A DNA stretch of 64,000 nt from contig OZ038378.1 of assembly GCA_964036045.1 (NCBI GenBank), positions 187,674,001 to 187,738,000 on the forward strand, given 5' to 3'. The first letter of the stretch is position 1. Every line of letters begins with the position of its first letter. Positions 47,686 through 60,500 of this stretch are shown in pieces. The notes beneath the pieces were generated by a model. The model was not told the DNA's origin and did no database searches. It saw only the letters and a list, made by a program, of their open reading frames with translations. This DNA is from Eutreptiella sp. 'Long Island Sound 2002' (lineage: Eukaryota > Protista > Euglenida). The position numbers were made by a program, and so were the translations under genes.

Positions 47686-50600
47686 TCTCTCTCTCTATCT
47701 CTGTGTTTGTCTCCTCTGCCCTCCTCGCTTTCTTTGGGGCGTGCACGCGTGCGCCCATTCTCCCTCAAACCCGACCCCTGGACCCATCAGCAATGGCCAG
47801 AGGGCGTGAGCCACCACAGCACCAAAGGACGTGGCCCATGCCAACAGATGTAGATGAAGAAACGAAGCCTACGCTAGACACCCCTGGGAAGTCGCCAACT
47901 GGCGGTTGTAACATCTGACCTGAACGGACATGTTTGACGAGCCTGAAAACCTGCAGACTGGGTCACTTCTCCACATCCATGAAGTGCAATCTTCCCTCCG
48001 TTTGGCAGGCCACGATTTCATGAGACAGTGGCGGGAGTGGAAGCAAAGTGGACGCACTGACGGTATGTCTGTCTTGCCCCTCGGGTGGCTAGGTGGGGGA
48101 CACTGTGCGCACTATGCGGGCAGTGTGCACTGTGCCTCGTGTGCGCGATGCCTTCCTGATGCCTTCCAGTCGTCTTGTCAGGCACCATAGCCTCGGGTCT
48201 TAGTCCTAACCCTCAACGAGCCGACCTCCAACATCTCACCTGCAATGTGTTGCCTCCCCCTCCCCCCCTGGGGTCTCCCAAACGCAAAGGAGGACAGGAA
48301 ATGGACCTTGGAAGGTCGAAGAGGGGGGAGGGGGGGGTTGCGCTTGATGGGGGTGCGGTAACCCCCCACGCTCCCCCAACAGTGACTGTCAGTTACGCTC
48401 CGACCGGATCGTTCCAACTCCAACTGCAGCTCCAACGCTTTTGTAACCGCCGCCGCCTGCTCCCCAACTGTTTTCCCGCCAACTGGGTTTACAGCATTCC
48501 GAGTGCGATGGAAGAATGACCCTTGACTGCATGCACATGAGAACAGAGTAAGCAGCGGTGGGTGAGTGGGACGGCCCGGCAGCACTTGAGACCGCAAGCC
48601 GGCGGACAGGAGGCGCTGAGGGTCTCATGACAACTGCCATCAGAGTGTTTCGGAGAGCACGTTCTGAAGCCATGCTGTCCTCCGGTTTCGCGCCGGAGCA
48701 TTGTGCCGTTGTTGCGGCATTATTGGGCCCAATGGCGGCCCTCCGTGAACATGCGGGTGCGCCAGGCAGGAGGGACTGCCAAGATGATTGTACCCGACGC
48801 AGAAGGTCATGGCTTAGTGCTGCGGAACCCCGACTCCCGGGATGGGGAGGGGAGGTGGGTTGGGGAGCTGACTCACGCACCCGCTCCGGAGGGGTGTGCC
48901 TGTGCACCCACTGGCCTCACACAAGGAGAAGAAGGCACAGGGTAGAGCGGAAAGCATTTGTAAAACCAGTCGGCGACGGTTGGGAAAGCGGTTGGGGACC
49001 AGGAGACGGCGGCTACAAAACCGTTGCAGCCGCAGTTGAACTTGGAAGGATGCGGTTGGAGCGTAATTTTCAGCTACTGATGCCCCCCAGCCAGGCTGTC
49101 ACACAGGAAAAAAATCGCCGCCGCCCCCAGCCCTCCTTTTTCAGTAGATCACTGAAAGGTGCCTTTGGCCTGGATGTTGCCACGGACGTCGTCGCATTGC
49201 CGACAGGCAATACGGAGCAGCGTTCAGCACAGCAGCACAGCACAGTCCGGCTGGGGCCATGTTTCCCCGTTTTTGTCGCAGAATGGTCGCGCTTCATGGC
49301 GACGGATGGGATGAGGATGTCGATCGAGGACCGGATGCAGGCGGTCCTGAACCTGCAGAAGAATGAGTCCATGATCTCGACCATGATCTCCTTGGAGCCG
49401 GATTTCCGTGAATTTGTGGACAAAGAGAAGTTCTATTTAACCCCCACAAGCCTCAAGCGTGGCATTTTGCAGGTATGGCCCCCAATCTGAGTCGGCATGG
49501 GAGGACACATGCAGTCTGCCATGCCACCACTACATTTCCTCATGCTTATCCCCCGTTGCCTTGCAAGAGCAACACCCTTGTCAGAGCAACAGTAGGTATT
49601 GTTTCCGTCAAATTTGGGGGACTTAGTGTGCTCTCACAGGGGGGGGGGGGGGGCGTAGCACAATTCACCCCCACGGCACAGCCACTCTAACCCCTGGTGT
49701 ACCCACCACTTGTATAAAATGTCATGAATCTAATTGAGCGGACCTCCCATAGGGAGGCAATTTGTTCATACCCATACTGAAAAAACAAATGACCAACAGG
49801 AGTTATCACATTGTAGCTCATGGCTGGTGATACAAGTTCGGTCTGTGGAGATATTGAAATCCGCACGCTGCAGCCTTCTTGCCTTGTCAAGGTTCCTACC
49901 AATGTGGTATACAGACTAGACAACTTTTGGCATGTGCCATTTTCTTCTGCTGGCCAACAATTTAGATGCAGACATTGTGTGTTTGTTTCTGCTAGTGGGG
50001 CTGATGTTGCTGATCAATCCCTTGCATTCCATTTCAGTAATGGATGTATATTTTGCTCGCCCCCCCTAATGGAGCCATTCCACAAGATCTGTGACACCCA
50101 ACCGAACAAATGGTGTCAGCGACGAACCAAATCACCAAGAAATGGCATCAGGGACCAACCAAATCACCAGGTCACCAACCAACCCTAGAAACCATGTGAA
50201 AGCCCTAGCTATGTCTTTACCATGATCGTTGATTGGGAGATAGCACATGTGCACCATAGCCATTTGCCTGTGAACAGGCTTTTTGATTTGCCAATCGCAT
50301 GGAGTGGCAAAACATATGTGTGACTCCATGGCACACACCGGTAGTTCCAAATCGCATCACTTCACGGCATGGCTCAACCTGTGTGACTGGGGTAGTGCTC
50401 CCCTTGAGTATGCATGACGTTGGGGCTACTATTAAAGTGGCACACACACACTTGTTCATGGACTACCAGCAGGTAAGTGTGCGGTGGTTGTGGCACTGCA
50501 GTGGTGTTTACAAGGCAATGAGTTGTGGTGGGGCATAGTGTATTCCAGCTGGGTGCAGCCCAAAATGGCACCATTGCATGCCATGGAGGTAAATTGGATC

Positions 50601-53600
50601 ACGCGTGGAAGTCCTATACAAGCCGGAAGGCAGCATGCAGCGGTGTGTGAAATGCTTGAATGAATGCAATTTTTTTGGGTATTAAAGACTTCCTTAAACA
50701 TGCCCTTGTTTTAGTTCATTGTTGTTGTCTTCTTCCTTTTGCATTGCTATAGTCTGTGTGTGTGCGCGCATCTCCGCCCCACAAGTGACCGCAAGCCTTA
50801 TAGTCCTCCCATTCTCCTACCCGATGGTGCGGATGCTGAGGACCCGCGCGATATATGTCTCTGGTGTTCAGTTCGAGGTCACAGCCACAAAGTTTGTATG
50901 CGAAGCGCGCCGATCCAAGCTATTGAAAACTCCACTGCCATTTTTGGTCTTACGCAACGAGTTGATGCTCTTTAGAAATTTGTCGATGATTGTGCCTCAT
51001 TGTCCGCCCAAGTTTCCTCCACGGAGCACCAAATGTCCAACCTCATGGACTAGAAATACACTGCATACACCCGCCTCGCGTCCTTGGCAGCTTGGAGGTC
51101 CATTATTGCGTCAAAATCCTTGTTGTCGCTCCCACTTTGATACCTTTGTCGCTGAGTCCTTCAAGCCTGTTCAACGGCAGGCCGTGCAAGCCGTCCTCCA
51201 ATCTACCTTCAACGACTAAGTCAATACTCATTTTGCTCCTATTGAGAAGCAAACGTCCTTTGCAGTGCCCGCGGTGTCTTTCAACGACTATGTTGCCCGC
51301 ATGGAATGTGCCGGATACAAAGTGTCCGCGGCGGACGAGGCCACAACCCCACCACGCGCAAGCCGGTAACAAATTGGGGGGGGGGGGCAATTTACGCTGT
51401 AAATTACGTAAACTTTTGTAAATTCCTCGAAAACTGGCGTAAATTCCCGTAAATTTTTGTAAACTCGGTGTAAATTAGGGATTGTACATGATTTCCTTGC
51501 TATTGCTTGCACTTATAAATATTTGTCAATGTGAACTAGATTTGTGTCCATTTTGGAATGTAAATTGTATAAATGCCCCTTCCCTATGTCAGAGTCAACA
51601 GGGGCTATGTAGCCAATTCGCCAAATCCGGCAAGGTGAGTGAAGACCCGTGCCTCGAGCTTGTCCCCTGCCCGAGAAGGAGGCATTCAGGGGCATTCTTT
51701 CTTTCCTTGCTTTCATGTGCTCTGTGTGCCATTCCTTGCACCTTACAAACATTTGTGAACAAGATTTGTGTCCATTGTCTAATGCAAACTGTGTAGATGC
51801 CCGTTTTCTATGCTAGAGAATACTAGGCCGAATCCGGCAAGACGAGTGAAGAATCATGCCTCGAGCTTTTCTTTCCTTGCTTTCACTATGTTCACCCATT
51901 GGTATTCCCCTTCCTTGTGCTAGCTTTGTCATGTAATGTGGTTGCGGAAGAAAGGCGGAGAGGCAGTGTGGCAAGAATTTGCTACTCCAGCAACCACGCT
52001 CCGTCACATCAAGTCTGAAGGTGCCCCCTCAACTCTGCAGCAAGTGCACATTGAGCGTGCGGCTAAGAATTCAAAGGCGCGCAATGGTTTCGGGTTCTCA
52101 TTTGAAGCCCCCACCGGAGCCGCAGCCGCCAAACCACACCCCAAGCCCGCGCCAACCACAGCCCACACCCCATCAGTCGCCTCCTACGTTCAAGTGTTGA
52201 GTTCATCGTACTGTGGGAGTTGCTGCGGTCAGTTATGCGGGGTGACGACTACATGCTCCCAGTGTCAACGGGGGGTGCATGAGCAATGCTCCGTTGTCGT
52301 GGAGGGAGACGCCAGACAGGTGGAGGTGGGTGAGGAGGGCGAGTTGGGAGATAACCAATGGTGTTTCGCATGTGCATCTAGGAGACACTAACACTCAACA
52401 GTGCAAGCGATGTAAATGCTATGTGCATGTCACGTGCATTAATGATGGTGCATGTCTCTCTTGCGCTCGCCTCGCACCTGAGCATGTCCCCGAACCCCGT
52501 AGAGAGGTTCGTGCATTCCACACTTCGTGGCAGTCTGGCCGCCCTTGGCTTAAGTATGAAGATGGAATGATGCATTGTGCCGCATGCCGTACCTACCCCC
52601 CAGCTCGGAGCCCAGCCTGAGTGGAGTCCGGGGATTAAGAACTGCAAGAACTGCTTGTGACGTCATTTGAGGTGTTCTCCGACTCAGTCCTGGATGTGAC
52701 GACACAAGAGTTTCACCAAGGGGCGCTGGGAATGGTCGTGCCGGAATGGATGAGACAGAATCTGGCAAGATTGCGTCTTGAATACCAAGAAAAGATCTTG
52801 AACAGAAGCAACATTGGGAAATGTTTTGCCCCTCGACAGGGCGGGAAGGACATGGATGCCGATGGAGCACCGATGGCCATGGATGAGGGTGAAGGGGGTC
52901 GTGCTACCCCGCTATTGCCAGAGTTCGACCCTTCAGAGATGACTGCCAATAATCTGAAGCGACTTCGGAAAAGACCAGGAGCCCCAAAGTGGGTCCACGA
53001 ACTATGCAAGATGCTGTTAGAAAAGGTGGAGAACTGGGAAGAATCGTTTGAGGACAGGTCCGATGGTGATATGATTTTGGAGGTATGGCGAATCATCTTG
53101 CCTATCGACAAGGCGGGAAAGTCCTGGTTGAAACAGAAAGCGAAGGAGGAGCGCTAGAGGAGGAAGAGGAAGGCCAAGAAGAAGCAGAAAAGGGAGCGAA
53201 GGAGAGCAAAAAAGGAGGCACGAAAGCTGGAGGGGAGTAAGAAGAAAAAGAGGTCGGTGGACTCCAGCGACAGCTTCAGAAGCAGTTTATCGGATTCGTC
53301 GGATTCCAATTCCTCTTTAGGTACATCGAGCAGTGATGAATGGGATCATAGGGTTGTCAACAAAGGAATTAACAAGAAGGCCCATGCGACGGCTAAAAAT
53401 GAAGGAGGACCGGAGCTTAGGATGATCAATGGTCGAAGATATTTTCAGAGCCAAGCAAGAAATTGGGTGGACTTTAGCGGGGCACCATCCCGCCCTTGTG
53501 CTAAATGCGGCTAGAAGCACTGGTGGCATGAAAGGAAAGCCTTCGGATGCAAGTGACTCAGTGGCCTAGGGGGGGATGCGGATGGAGGTGACACAGATGT

Positions 53601-56600
53601 CAACCCCCTGGCACAAGAGGCATTGGACCCGTCTCCACAGGTCGAAGCAGCAGGGGAACCCCGTGAGCAGGTCGGGATGTGCCACAGATGAGTTGGTACT
53701 GGATTTGGGATTTGTGCTTTGCAGTGCAACATAATTTGTGACTGAATGATAGTTGGGAGGTAAGGGAGATGGGGGGCAGTGAGTGGCCCCCCATGTAGGT
53801 ATTTGCGCATGTGCATGGGCACGAGGATGGGCATGATGCGCGGCATGGGGGCTTGCATACATGCATGAACTAAAATGCAAACTAATCTTTGCGTAACCTA
53901 ATGTGTGTACCTTGACCCTTCCACTGGCATCTCTAACCCACACACTCCAAACCAACAACATACGACCAAAACTAACGTATGTCCCCCACCCCAACCCCCC
54001 CATACTTGTACAGCGCTGAAAGAGGGGCAATGTGGGTAAAAAAAAAGCGTTTTTAGGAGTGAAGAGGTACCAAGGCTCCCAAAAAAGATTCAAAAAAAAG
54101 AAACTCGCACAAGGTCCAAAAACGATTTTGTGCGGACCGAATGGTTGACGCAATGGGGCAATTCGGCAAAAAAAAAATTGCAAGGCCCCCCCAAAAAAGA
54201 AGAAGAAAAGAGGCCGAACAAAAAGGAGTAAAAAAAAAGTGAAGAAGACTCCAACGTCAACCAAGCGCAAAGTATCCATGCTCCTTTCCTAACCCTCACC
54301 CAACAACCTTTAGCCCCTTCCCTTTTTTGGAATGCACCAAAAAATTAGTTGCCCAATTAGTAGTGTTTTTCAGTGACGGTGCACAATTTTGACCCAAGCC
54401 CGGGTCCATGGTGCATTCCCCAAACCCCATACCCCCCCCCCCCCCCGGCAGTCCATGGGCAAACCCACCAAAAAAAAAACCCTGGCTGTCGGTATATACA
54501 AGTATGTATCCACACACTTTCTTTTCTAATCCAAACACCAAACCAATCATTGAAGCAGTGGGAAAACGGCACTTCGGGTCACAAGGCTAAAGCAACCAAC
54601 CTTCAAAACGGTGAGTTCCTGTGTTTTGAGTTTTTGAGGTTGGTTGAGTTGTTGAGTGACACAGTCTGTTGTGTGAATTTACGCAATTTCTTGGGAATTT
54701 ACGCCACTTTTCTTGGGAATTTACGCCGTTTTGGGGGAAAAATTTACACCCATTTACACAACGTGGGGGCCGGGGGCCGAAAAGCCTGTAAATCCCCGTA
54801 AATTACCGGCTTGACCACGCGTCACAGGCACTCCGAGAACGGCTTCCGAAATAGCAGAGGCGGATATCGGGAGCCCAAGCCAGGGAGGGCTACACCCCTG
54901 CAGCAACCGTAGCGCTTGCGGTGCACCCTGCGGCGCACCTGCAGCGCGCTTTAGGAATAATCTCGACAGCAAACAAGACAAGAAATTCATTGTTATTGGA
55001 TTCACTAATTTTTCACACCCCACCCCTTTGCACTGTGCAATACGTCCCTTGGGGACTCTTTTTTCTTTTTTGAGCCCCTCCCCTCCCCGCTAATCCGTGT
55101 GCATTGGGGCTTGGGGCTGGGGTGATGGGGAATGCCACGCCATGTAGCCGTTCCACCCACGGTCTATGGGTACCAAGTTTGCTTCCTCTGCATTTTGGTG
55201 CATTTGAAGGGGTTAGTAAAATAGTTTAGCCCATGTGGTCATGCTCAAGAAGGCAGGGGTTATGTTGCTACCTGAGAAGGTAGGGGTTCCCCTTTGCTTC
55301 CCTATCATCAAACGCCCATGCTTTGAGCACCAGCTTCGCAAGACGAGGCGCTATACAAATGTCGTTGGTTGCTCAGTGAAGATCTTGCGTTCGGAACTCT
55401 TCCTCGGCTCAAGTGCGGTCCTTGTGCTGTTCACTCAGTGGGTTTTGCATAGGCTAGTACTCCAAATGGTCATGGAGTGGTGTTTTTTCCTTCTTGTTGC
55501 AAGTTTCATTGTCTCTACAATTTAAGAGGATCATTCCCGGCTTGCGGCGCACTTGCGCACGCAGGTCTAGCCCTCAGGCGGTTGAGGACCGGGCGGCGAA
55601 ACGGGCCCACACCCCTTCGAGTGCTCCTAAGTCAAATAGCTCCTCCTCTACATCCGCTGCGTCCAATGCAACCAGTTCGAGTCTTCTTGTGCGACCACCG
55701 CCCTCTAGCGCCGACGCCTTTGCAGCGGTTCCACACCTAGTGCCCCGTGGTTGGCCATACCCTCTACCAAAGAGGATCAGTAGTCTCACAATGCTTTGGA
55801 GCTTCCCTTCGGCAAATGGTAGCCCCACATGGACTCACATCTTGAGGCATAGGCCACAAAGCACACCACGGGTGAAATGAAAACCACTGTCGACGATCAC
55901 ATGAGATCTCCGTGAAGTGGTGTGTTGTTGGATGGTTTGGTACCAAGATTGTTGTTTATTTATTGACTTTCCCCACCACCCTCTTTGTTTGTGATGCCAT
56001 ACAAGTCCCGCGCCTTCACATGTTTTTATCGCATGAAGGATCAAGTACCCTATCCCCCTAATCCCCTCCCCAATCCACCAATGTACTCAATGCAATTTCG
56101 CTCCAAATGCCGCGTGCTTTGGAGGACAAAAATATGGGTAAGTAGGCAGTGCTCCACGAACTACAACTCAAGTAGTATCTTCCATGCTCTACACATGCGG
56201 CCCTCCAAACAGCTCAATGGTTGAGCCACGTTCACACACGCACACGCCCCCCCCCCCCCCCCAAGTTTGTCATTTGCACGGTCTCCCACGTTTTTTTGTA
56301 TCTCGTATACATCTGAGTCACCAATAAAGCTCTTGTTGTCCGCATAAAGAAGCATCATACCGACGCCACCAATTCTCAAGATTGTTCCAGCTTGCTTGAA
56401 CTCCCGGCACATATTTTACTGGCCGCCACGTTTCCGGACTCCTCTACCCACCCTGTTGTGCGATACCCTCAGTTCCGCTTGGTCCTTGGATGTCTTGTAT
56501 GACTGCATGCCCCACCTTCATGACCCCTGCCTTCACCGCTATCACCATGCCGCAACCATAGCCTTGGGGTACAACATGGCTCGCAGTTCCGCGGGCCACA

Positions 56601-57403
56601 GTTTGGCGTATTTACACCCGAGTTCCCTGTCTGCAATCTAGGATTCGAAAAGTGCCCTAGCCTACTATCACCTCACGCAAATGTATCCTGCATATCTGCC
56701 AGGGATCCTTAAAGTGGTCCTAGTGCAGCGAGGGGTTCCCCTCAGTGATTACACAGTGAAATAGGTGCGGCGCATAGCCCACTCCACTGTCTCTAGGGCC
56801 TTGTCAAGCAGTGCACATGGCCACACCGCCATTGCACATTTCTCCATGTAGTTCTCCTACACCTCCCCCTGCCACATTGTTGCCACCTCACGTTGTGCGC
56901 CGTGTGGCTGAGCAATCACGCGCATTGGGCAGGCCCCGGTCAGAGTAGTTGGTTCGTGTCGCCTCATCTCTCACCAGATGACACCACGGGCTGTTGGTGC
57001 GCCGATTGGCCCACCTTGTCTGACCACGCCGCCTCGGTGCACCCCGTTGGCCATGAATGTCTCTTGCTTTCAAGCTGTGTGTGTGTGAGCAGGTGGTTAC
57101 ACCTGTCTCCAATGCTGCCGCAGGAGTAGGCATGTAAATAGTGCTACGTGCTTTGGCAATCTCTAACAATCATTGACTAACAAGACCAAAAGGGTATCGG
57201 AACATTCGTGATCAACCCCATGGGTTGTGATTTACAGCCCGCAATATCTTTGCTGTTGTTACAGATCAGACCTTGCCACCTTTTCTCGTTTGACTAGATG
57301 AATCTGTTTTGTTGACCAGTGTTGTCCTTCGCCGCACTCCACATCTTCATTGCCATTGTGCGACTTGCGGTTGTTGGCCCCACTTGGTTACCAGTATGAA
57401 TTA

Positions 57404-57434
<31 letters not shown>

Positions 57435-57545
57435 ACGCACATTCAACTCTACCACAAAACGAAAGATGTCTAGGGCTGCTTTGCAGCTCCTAAGATTCTC
57501 TCCAACCACGTTTTTTTGCTTTTGCTTATGTTTCTTGCGGTTCTC

Positions 57546-57594
<49 letters not shown>

Positions 57595-60500
57595 ATGCGT
57601 GCGTGCGTGCGTGCGTGCGTGCGATTGTCATACTCAACATGTACCTACAAGGGTCATCCTCTTCGAATGCAATTACGGGAGCCTGGTGCAGAGACATATA
57701 CACACTGCAAGGTATGTATACTGCAGTTTGATATCGTTTGTTTCTTACAGCACAGTTATGTCCTGATCCAAGAAAACTCAGTGTGCCAAGACATTTGCTG
57801 CTTGGTGGTCCCTCCTTCTGTGCCCCTATCCTTTCCCTTTCCCCTCCCCTTCCCTACGGCACAGACTCGTGATATTCGTTTTGGTGAGAGATAGTGCTGT
57901 TTCTTTCACCTCACTCTCGAGCAGGGACGGGGGCCTTCAGGGACAAGAAGATCTTTTTCCTATATTTATGACAAGGAACTAGCGGCGTGGTGGGGCTGAC
58001 CTCTTCCTCGTGGTGCTCAGTTAACCGGCGTGCCATCTTCAGAAGCGTACTTGAACATATTCCTCTGTCTCCCCGCAGAAAGGAGCCCTCCATGATTTGC
58101 AACATGTTTTTCGCATTTACATCAAGATTCGCTTGACAAGAAGCCCCGATGTCCAGTGTTCCTCGCTGCGCCATCGCTGCAGGGCGTGCGTGGGTTTTGG
58201 CGCTCTCGCGTGGCGAGTGCGTGTGTGTGTTGGTTTGTGTGGTTCAGGTTGTATGTGTTAGACAGGGTCGCCCATGGTCTGCAGCCCAGAGTCCCATGCA
58301 GACGAGGCTGCAACACCTTTTTAAGCCAGCTTGTCTGTCAGGGGGACAGGCAGCGCTCCAGATCGGGTCAGCGCTGGTGCTAGACGCACACCCGACCGTA
58401 AACCCCTTCCACCCAGCCTGCCTCTACGCCCCCGCTCCCCTCTTCTGGTCCCGTACTTCTGCTACCCTCTGCCACTGTGTCGCACAGAAAGTCCACGCTT
58501 TGGACATGGGCGGCGCACCGGCGCCCTCCAACAATACGTCCCCGGGCTCCTCCCCACGCTCCCCACGCTCTGCACCCAATTCTGCGCGCAATTCTGCGCG
58601 TGCCAGTGCCAACGCCAACGCCGCAGCCCGACACGGCAGTAGCAAAGTGGACACGTCGGATCCGCATGTCGCACTGAAGCCCAAAATGCGTGAAAAACAG
58701 TTCAAGGAGAAGGCCAGACATGATCGGCAGGTGTGCCTGTGTGCCCTGCTGCACGGGCCTGGGCAGGGGCTGGATGGATTGGTGTGGGGAGCGGAGAGGG
58801 GGTTATCTCCCAAGAGCATGGGTGCGCACGATTCTAACCGAAAGCCTGCCCCCGATTCCCTGGCATGATACGGCACGCTACACAGCATCCTGTGCTGTGC
58901 TGTGTGTGCCGTGCTGTGCTGCGCTGCGCTGCTTTTAAGCTTGAACTCAAGTCCCTGAAGTTGTACGTTGCGTCTTCGTTGCTGGTGGTCGTCTGTTACT
59001 CCCAGTGGACATCATCTGCCAGCGAGTAGTACCTTGCCGGCGATATTATCAGCGAGTCTCCTCAGGGCGGTTGGCAGTCAACTGGCGGTTTCTGTAAACC
59101 CACCATTTTGGGCTGGAGTGTTTGTTTGGGCAGCTGCAGTGTCAGTGAGTGGAGGTCACGCCAGGGGTTGAGGAGGTGGTCTGGATTATGCCAGGGGCCG
59201 AGGTGTACACTGCGGGTTATGGCAGGGTATGGGGCATGGGGTTGAGGTTATGGCGGGGACAGTATTTTGTGGTGGAAGTCTTTGCCTTTCTTGTTGCAGA
59301 TCCGCGCTGTTACCACCGCAGTATTGAGCGAGGTTGACCAGAACGGTGATGGATGTATTGATAGGTGTGCGTGAGGTCACATGCAATTGCTGGCGGCACA
59401 TCAAATCCAGGAGTGTTGGGTCGAGGGATGCTGCGGCGGATCGGTGCCCCGTGAAACGTGTGCTACCACCCGTTGACGGGTCGCAGGAGTCCCACAGGGG
59501 CTCCCACAGGGGCACAGGGGCACCATGGCACAGGGACATCAGGCAACGGCAAACCATCAAAACAGCACCCTCCATCCTACGGAAGGTTTTTCTTGTCCGG
59601 AACTTGGAAGTCCCCCGAAATCGGGGCCTGATTTCCGATTCCCAAATTTGCACCCCGATTGGGTGCATGTCTGGGCCCGCAGTCAATAAAGCCGTCGTCA
59701 CAATGGTAGGCTGTGTTTGCTTGTGTGTGGATGCGCTGTGCTCAGCTTAATGGAAACCTTTCGTGCTTGTGGTTGCAAAGGGTCTCACGTGCAGTCGCAG
59801 ATGGTGCACTCTCTGTACAAGCCTGCGTAGCACACCACCATCTGAGGTACCGTCAGATGCACAATTCGGTTTGCTGTGTAAACATGACCCGCAGCCCACA
59901 CATTCTACAAACGGTGCGGATGCGATGCCGCCCCCTGCGGACGCTTCTGAAGCCGCCCAGACGAGTCCCGCAATTTGTTGCCCGGATTTGTTGGAGATCC
60001 CCCCCCATTTTACAGCGGAGGCCGGGGTTGTGGGGAGCAGAAGGGGGAGCGGGCTTGAATCAATCCCAACCATTTTTTCGACTCATAAATAGACTTGATC
60101 TGGCGCGCCAGGAAAGGCGGGCCAGGTAATCAGGTAAGGCCCACAGGACTCCAGGCAGGACCTAGCCCCCACCCCTCTGCAGGGGAGGGGTTACGTAGCT
60201 ACTTTGATGTATCTCCCTCTTTGGGGTCCCTGCGACGGCAGGGGTTATGTAGCCACTTTAATGCGTTCCCCGAAGTGTCATGCAAGGGTTGAAGGAAACC
60301 ATAGTGTTTTGATATTTGCGTCTTTAAGGTGTCACAGGCGTCAAAAAGAATTGGTTGTTATATTTATTTTCTTAAAGGTTCCATGCAAGCTTTGAACAAA
60401 AATGTTGTTTTTATGTTTATTTTTTGATAAAGAGACATAGTGTTCTCATATTTTTTCAGCTGTCATGCGAATGAAAAATTGTGCATTGCTCTTTGCATTT

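Larger units (their letters stand above)
51359..54813 (+). mobile_element. Non-autonomous hAT-type DNA transposon, 3455 bp
   Basis: Perfect 11-bp TIRs CAAGCCGGTAA (51359-51369) and TTACCGGCTTG (54803-54813); perfect 8-bp TSD ACCACGCG (51351-51358, 54814-54821); clusters of ATTTACG/CGTAAAT subterminal motifs at both ends. Confidence 0.9.

Noticed and set aside
48558-49490. 310-aa ORF as a standalone gene; a Sec7 domain guessed from LKRGILQ
   Set aside because: Only 49282-49472 has splice sites and fits the nine-exon model. The next exon does not continue as Sec7.
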